Shown one piece after another: positions 63,393 to 64,000 of a DNA stretch of 64,000 nucleotides (its first letter is position 1; each line of letters starts with the position of its first letter). A program made the position numbers and the translations under genes. A model generated the notes under the pieces. It ran no database searches. It was given only the letters and a program-made list of their open reading frames with translations, and was not told the DNA's origin. Source of the DNA: Candidatus Omnitrophota bacterium (GTDB lineage Bacteria > Omnitrophota > Gorgyraeia > Gygaellales > Profunditerraquicolaceae); the NCBI GenBank assembly GCA_043812955.1, contig JBDRLN010000064.1, positions 326 through 64,325 of the forward strand, given 5' to 3'.

Positions 63393-64000
63393 TGAAAACC
63401 TGTGTAATTATACCTACCTATAACGAAGCTAAAACAATAGGAAAATTAACCGCTAAGATCCGCGGCAGACAATTAGAAGTTTTAATAATCGATGACGGCT
63501 CGCTGGATAATACCGGACAGATCGCTCTAGATAACGCAGCAATTGTTTTAAAAAACGATATCAATAAAGGCAAGGGGGCCTCATTCATCAGGGGGTTTAA
63601 TTACCTGGTCGAGCGCGATTTTGACTTGATAATCACTATGGATGGCGACGGACAACACGACCCCGAGGAGATACCGGCCTTTATCCAAGCTGCGCAAGAT
63701 CACAATTATGGCATTGTGGTAGGTAACCGAATGTGTAATTGCGAGGGGATGCCTTTACTCAGGGTAATTACCAATAAATTTATGTCCTGGATTATCTCCG
63801 GAATCGCCAGGCAGAATATTCCCGATACACAGTGTGGATTCCGTCTGATAAAAAAAGAGGTAATTCAAGAAGTTAAATTAGCTACTTCAAGATACGAAAC
63901 TGAATCAGAGATATTGATCCGGGCGGCGCAAAAAGGGTTTAAAATAGGCTCAATACCTATTAAGAGTATATATCGGGGAGAGAAAAGCAGGATCAACCCT
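63392..64000 (+). CDS. family-2 glycosyltransferase (Dpm1/GtrB-like), truncated at window end
   Basis: CVIIPTYNEAKTI ... DDGSLDNT ... DGDGQHDP DXD-type GT-A motifs. Confidence 0.75.
   Translation, partial: MKTCVIIPTYNEAKTIGKLTAKIRGRQLEVLIIDDGSLDNTGQIALDNAAIVLKNDINKGKGASFIRGFNYLVERDFDLIITMDGDGQHDPEEIPAFIQAAQDHNYGIVVGNRMCNCEGMPLLRVITNKFMSWIISGIARQNIPDTQCGFRLIKKEVIQEVKLATSRYETESEILIRAAQKGFKIGSIPIKSIYRGEKSRINP

Overview
This 64-kb window is a low-GC (~40%) bacterial chromosomal segment, probably from an uncultivated Gram-negative lineage. Genes are almost all on the + strand and tightly packed. Two glycosyltransferases and a lipid-A-type acyltransferase point to an outer membrane. No rRNA, CRISPR array, integrase or transposase was seen.

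Gene content:
- The first two-thirds (1..41.4 kb) is housekeeping: gatCAB, ctpA, tsaD, mgtC, dgkA, tilS, ftsH, folP, cdaA, pdxJ, acpS, nnr, gpsA, hom, thrC, coaB, apgM, lysC, cimA/leuA-family, valS, nadC, uvrB, coaX and plsC. It also holds five tRNA genes (Thr-UGU, Tyr-GUA, Pro-GGG, Gly-UCC and a Met-type CAU tRNA).
- The last third (41.4..64 kb) is the accessory part and the most interesting: a stop/start-overlapping operon and downstream genes that look like a lipid/polyketide-type biosynthetic island.
  - An SRPBCC domain fused to a cyanobacterial-type acyl-ACP reductase (AAR), followed by a second AAR paralog.
  - A WbuX/PseA-like PP-loop amidotransferase.
  - A catalytically dead ketosynthase (KSbeta/chain-length-factor-like) paired with an active FabF-like ketosynthase, a dedicated ACP and a FabZ-like dehydratase.
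  - A thioester-reductase-domain protein, a GMC oxidoreductase, a nitroreductase and a CrtI-like desaturase.
  - Two paralogous 7TM-GAF histidine kinases with receiver-only partners bracket the island, and a GAF-HD-GYP phosphodiesterase follows.
  - An AbiEii/AbiEi-like pair sits in the middle.
  - MGDG-synthase-like, LpxL-like and GT2 transferases follow.

Other notable signals:
- Three single-domain PilZ genes, each start/stop-coupled to gpsA, hom and lysC.
- Three families of perfect palindromes (GGGGACGTTTCTATTTTT x4, GGGGTCAGAATTATTTTT, CACCCCGTAGGTG).
- tRNA 3'-end tandem duplications carrying TCCCGC/GCGGGA hairpins.
- A conserved structured 5'-leader motif shared by the ACP gene and the tilS upstream region.
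- An in-frame palindromic insertion inside thrC.
- A bactofilin-HTH fusion.
- A truncated cdaR remnant after cdaA.

All assignments are from reading the translations and DNA directly; no database searches were run.
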